Positions 63,683 to 64,000 of a stretch of DNA of 64,000 nt are shown here, piece by piece. The notes below the pieces were generated by a model. It saw only the letters and a program-made list of their open reading frames with translations, did not search any database and was not told where the DNA came from. Every line of letters starts with the position of its first letter. The first letter of the stretch is position 1. The DNA comes from Podarcis vaucheri. Taxonomy: Eukaryota. The position numbers and the translations under genes are program-made. Where the stretch lies: NCBI GenBank assembly GCA_965113315.1, contig OZ220367.1; one strand, written 5' to 3'.

Positions 63683-64000
63683 CTGAGCCAAATGGAAGAG
63701 CCCTGGAAGAGATGGGTGAAAATAGCAAATTTGCACATTTACCTGTATGTGTTCACACTTTATTTTAATTTAAGTATGATTAATTTGCATGGTAGAAATA
63801 GCTCTTTAAAGCTCATGTGAAAAGCTGGCATGATGGCGTGAGGGATGGCTTTTTAACTAGATAACCCGACACCTGACACAAAGGAATTTCATACAGATGT
63901 ACAACTGTTTGCATTGTAACCAAACACAAACCCCTTTTCATCTATTTTATAATGCAATACTCTTGTTATTGCTGAATCTTCACTATGCCTTAAAGGAGTG

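Overview
This is vertebrate genomic DNA, most likely from a squamate reptile (lacertid-type Sauria SINE, BovB/RTE LINE and squamate MITEs). The left part holds the 5' portion of EBF3 (Early B-cell Factor 3/COE3) on the minus strand. Coding exons 1-6 (134, 157, 64, 56, 74 and 69 nt, all GT-AG) encode residues 1-185, covering the N-terminal part of the COE DNA-binding domain and the zinc knuckle, and the gene continues beyond the left edge. EBF3 sits in a CpG-rich, nearly transposon-free domain running to about 25 kb. The remaining ~39 kb is a CpG-depleted gene desert containing SINEs, LINE fragments, DNA-transposon MITEs and several candidate conserved enhancers. There is no prokaryotic-type system, CRISPR array or recognisable RNA gene, and I cannot claim a wholly new biological system. 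The best leads concern EBF3 regulation: a probable bidirectional promoter with a divergent spliced lncRNA, a possible N-terminally extended isoform, far-upstream non-coding first exons, a candidate poison exon in intron 4, and possible EBF autoregulatory sites. All of these are inferred from motifs and need RNA or chromatin data.
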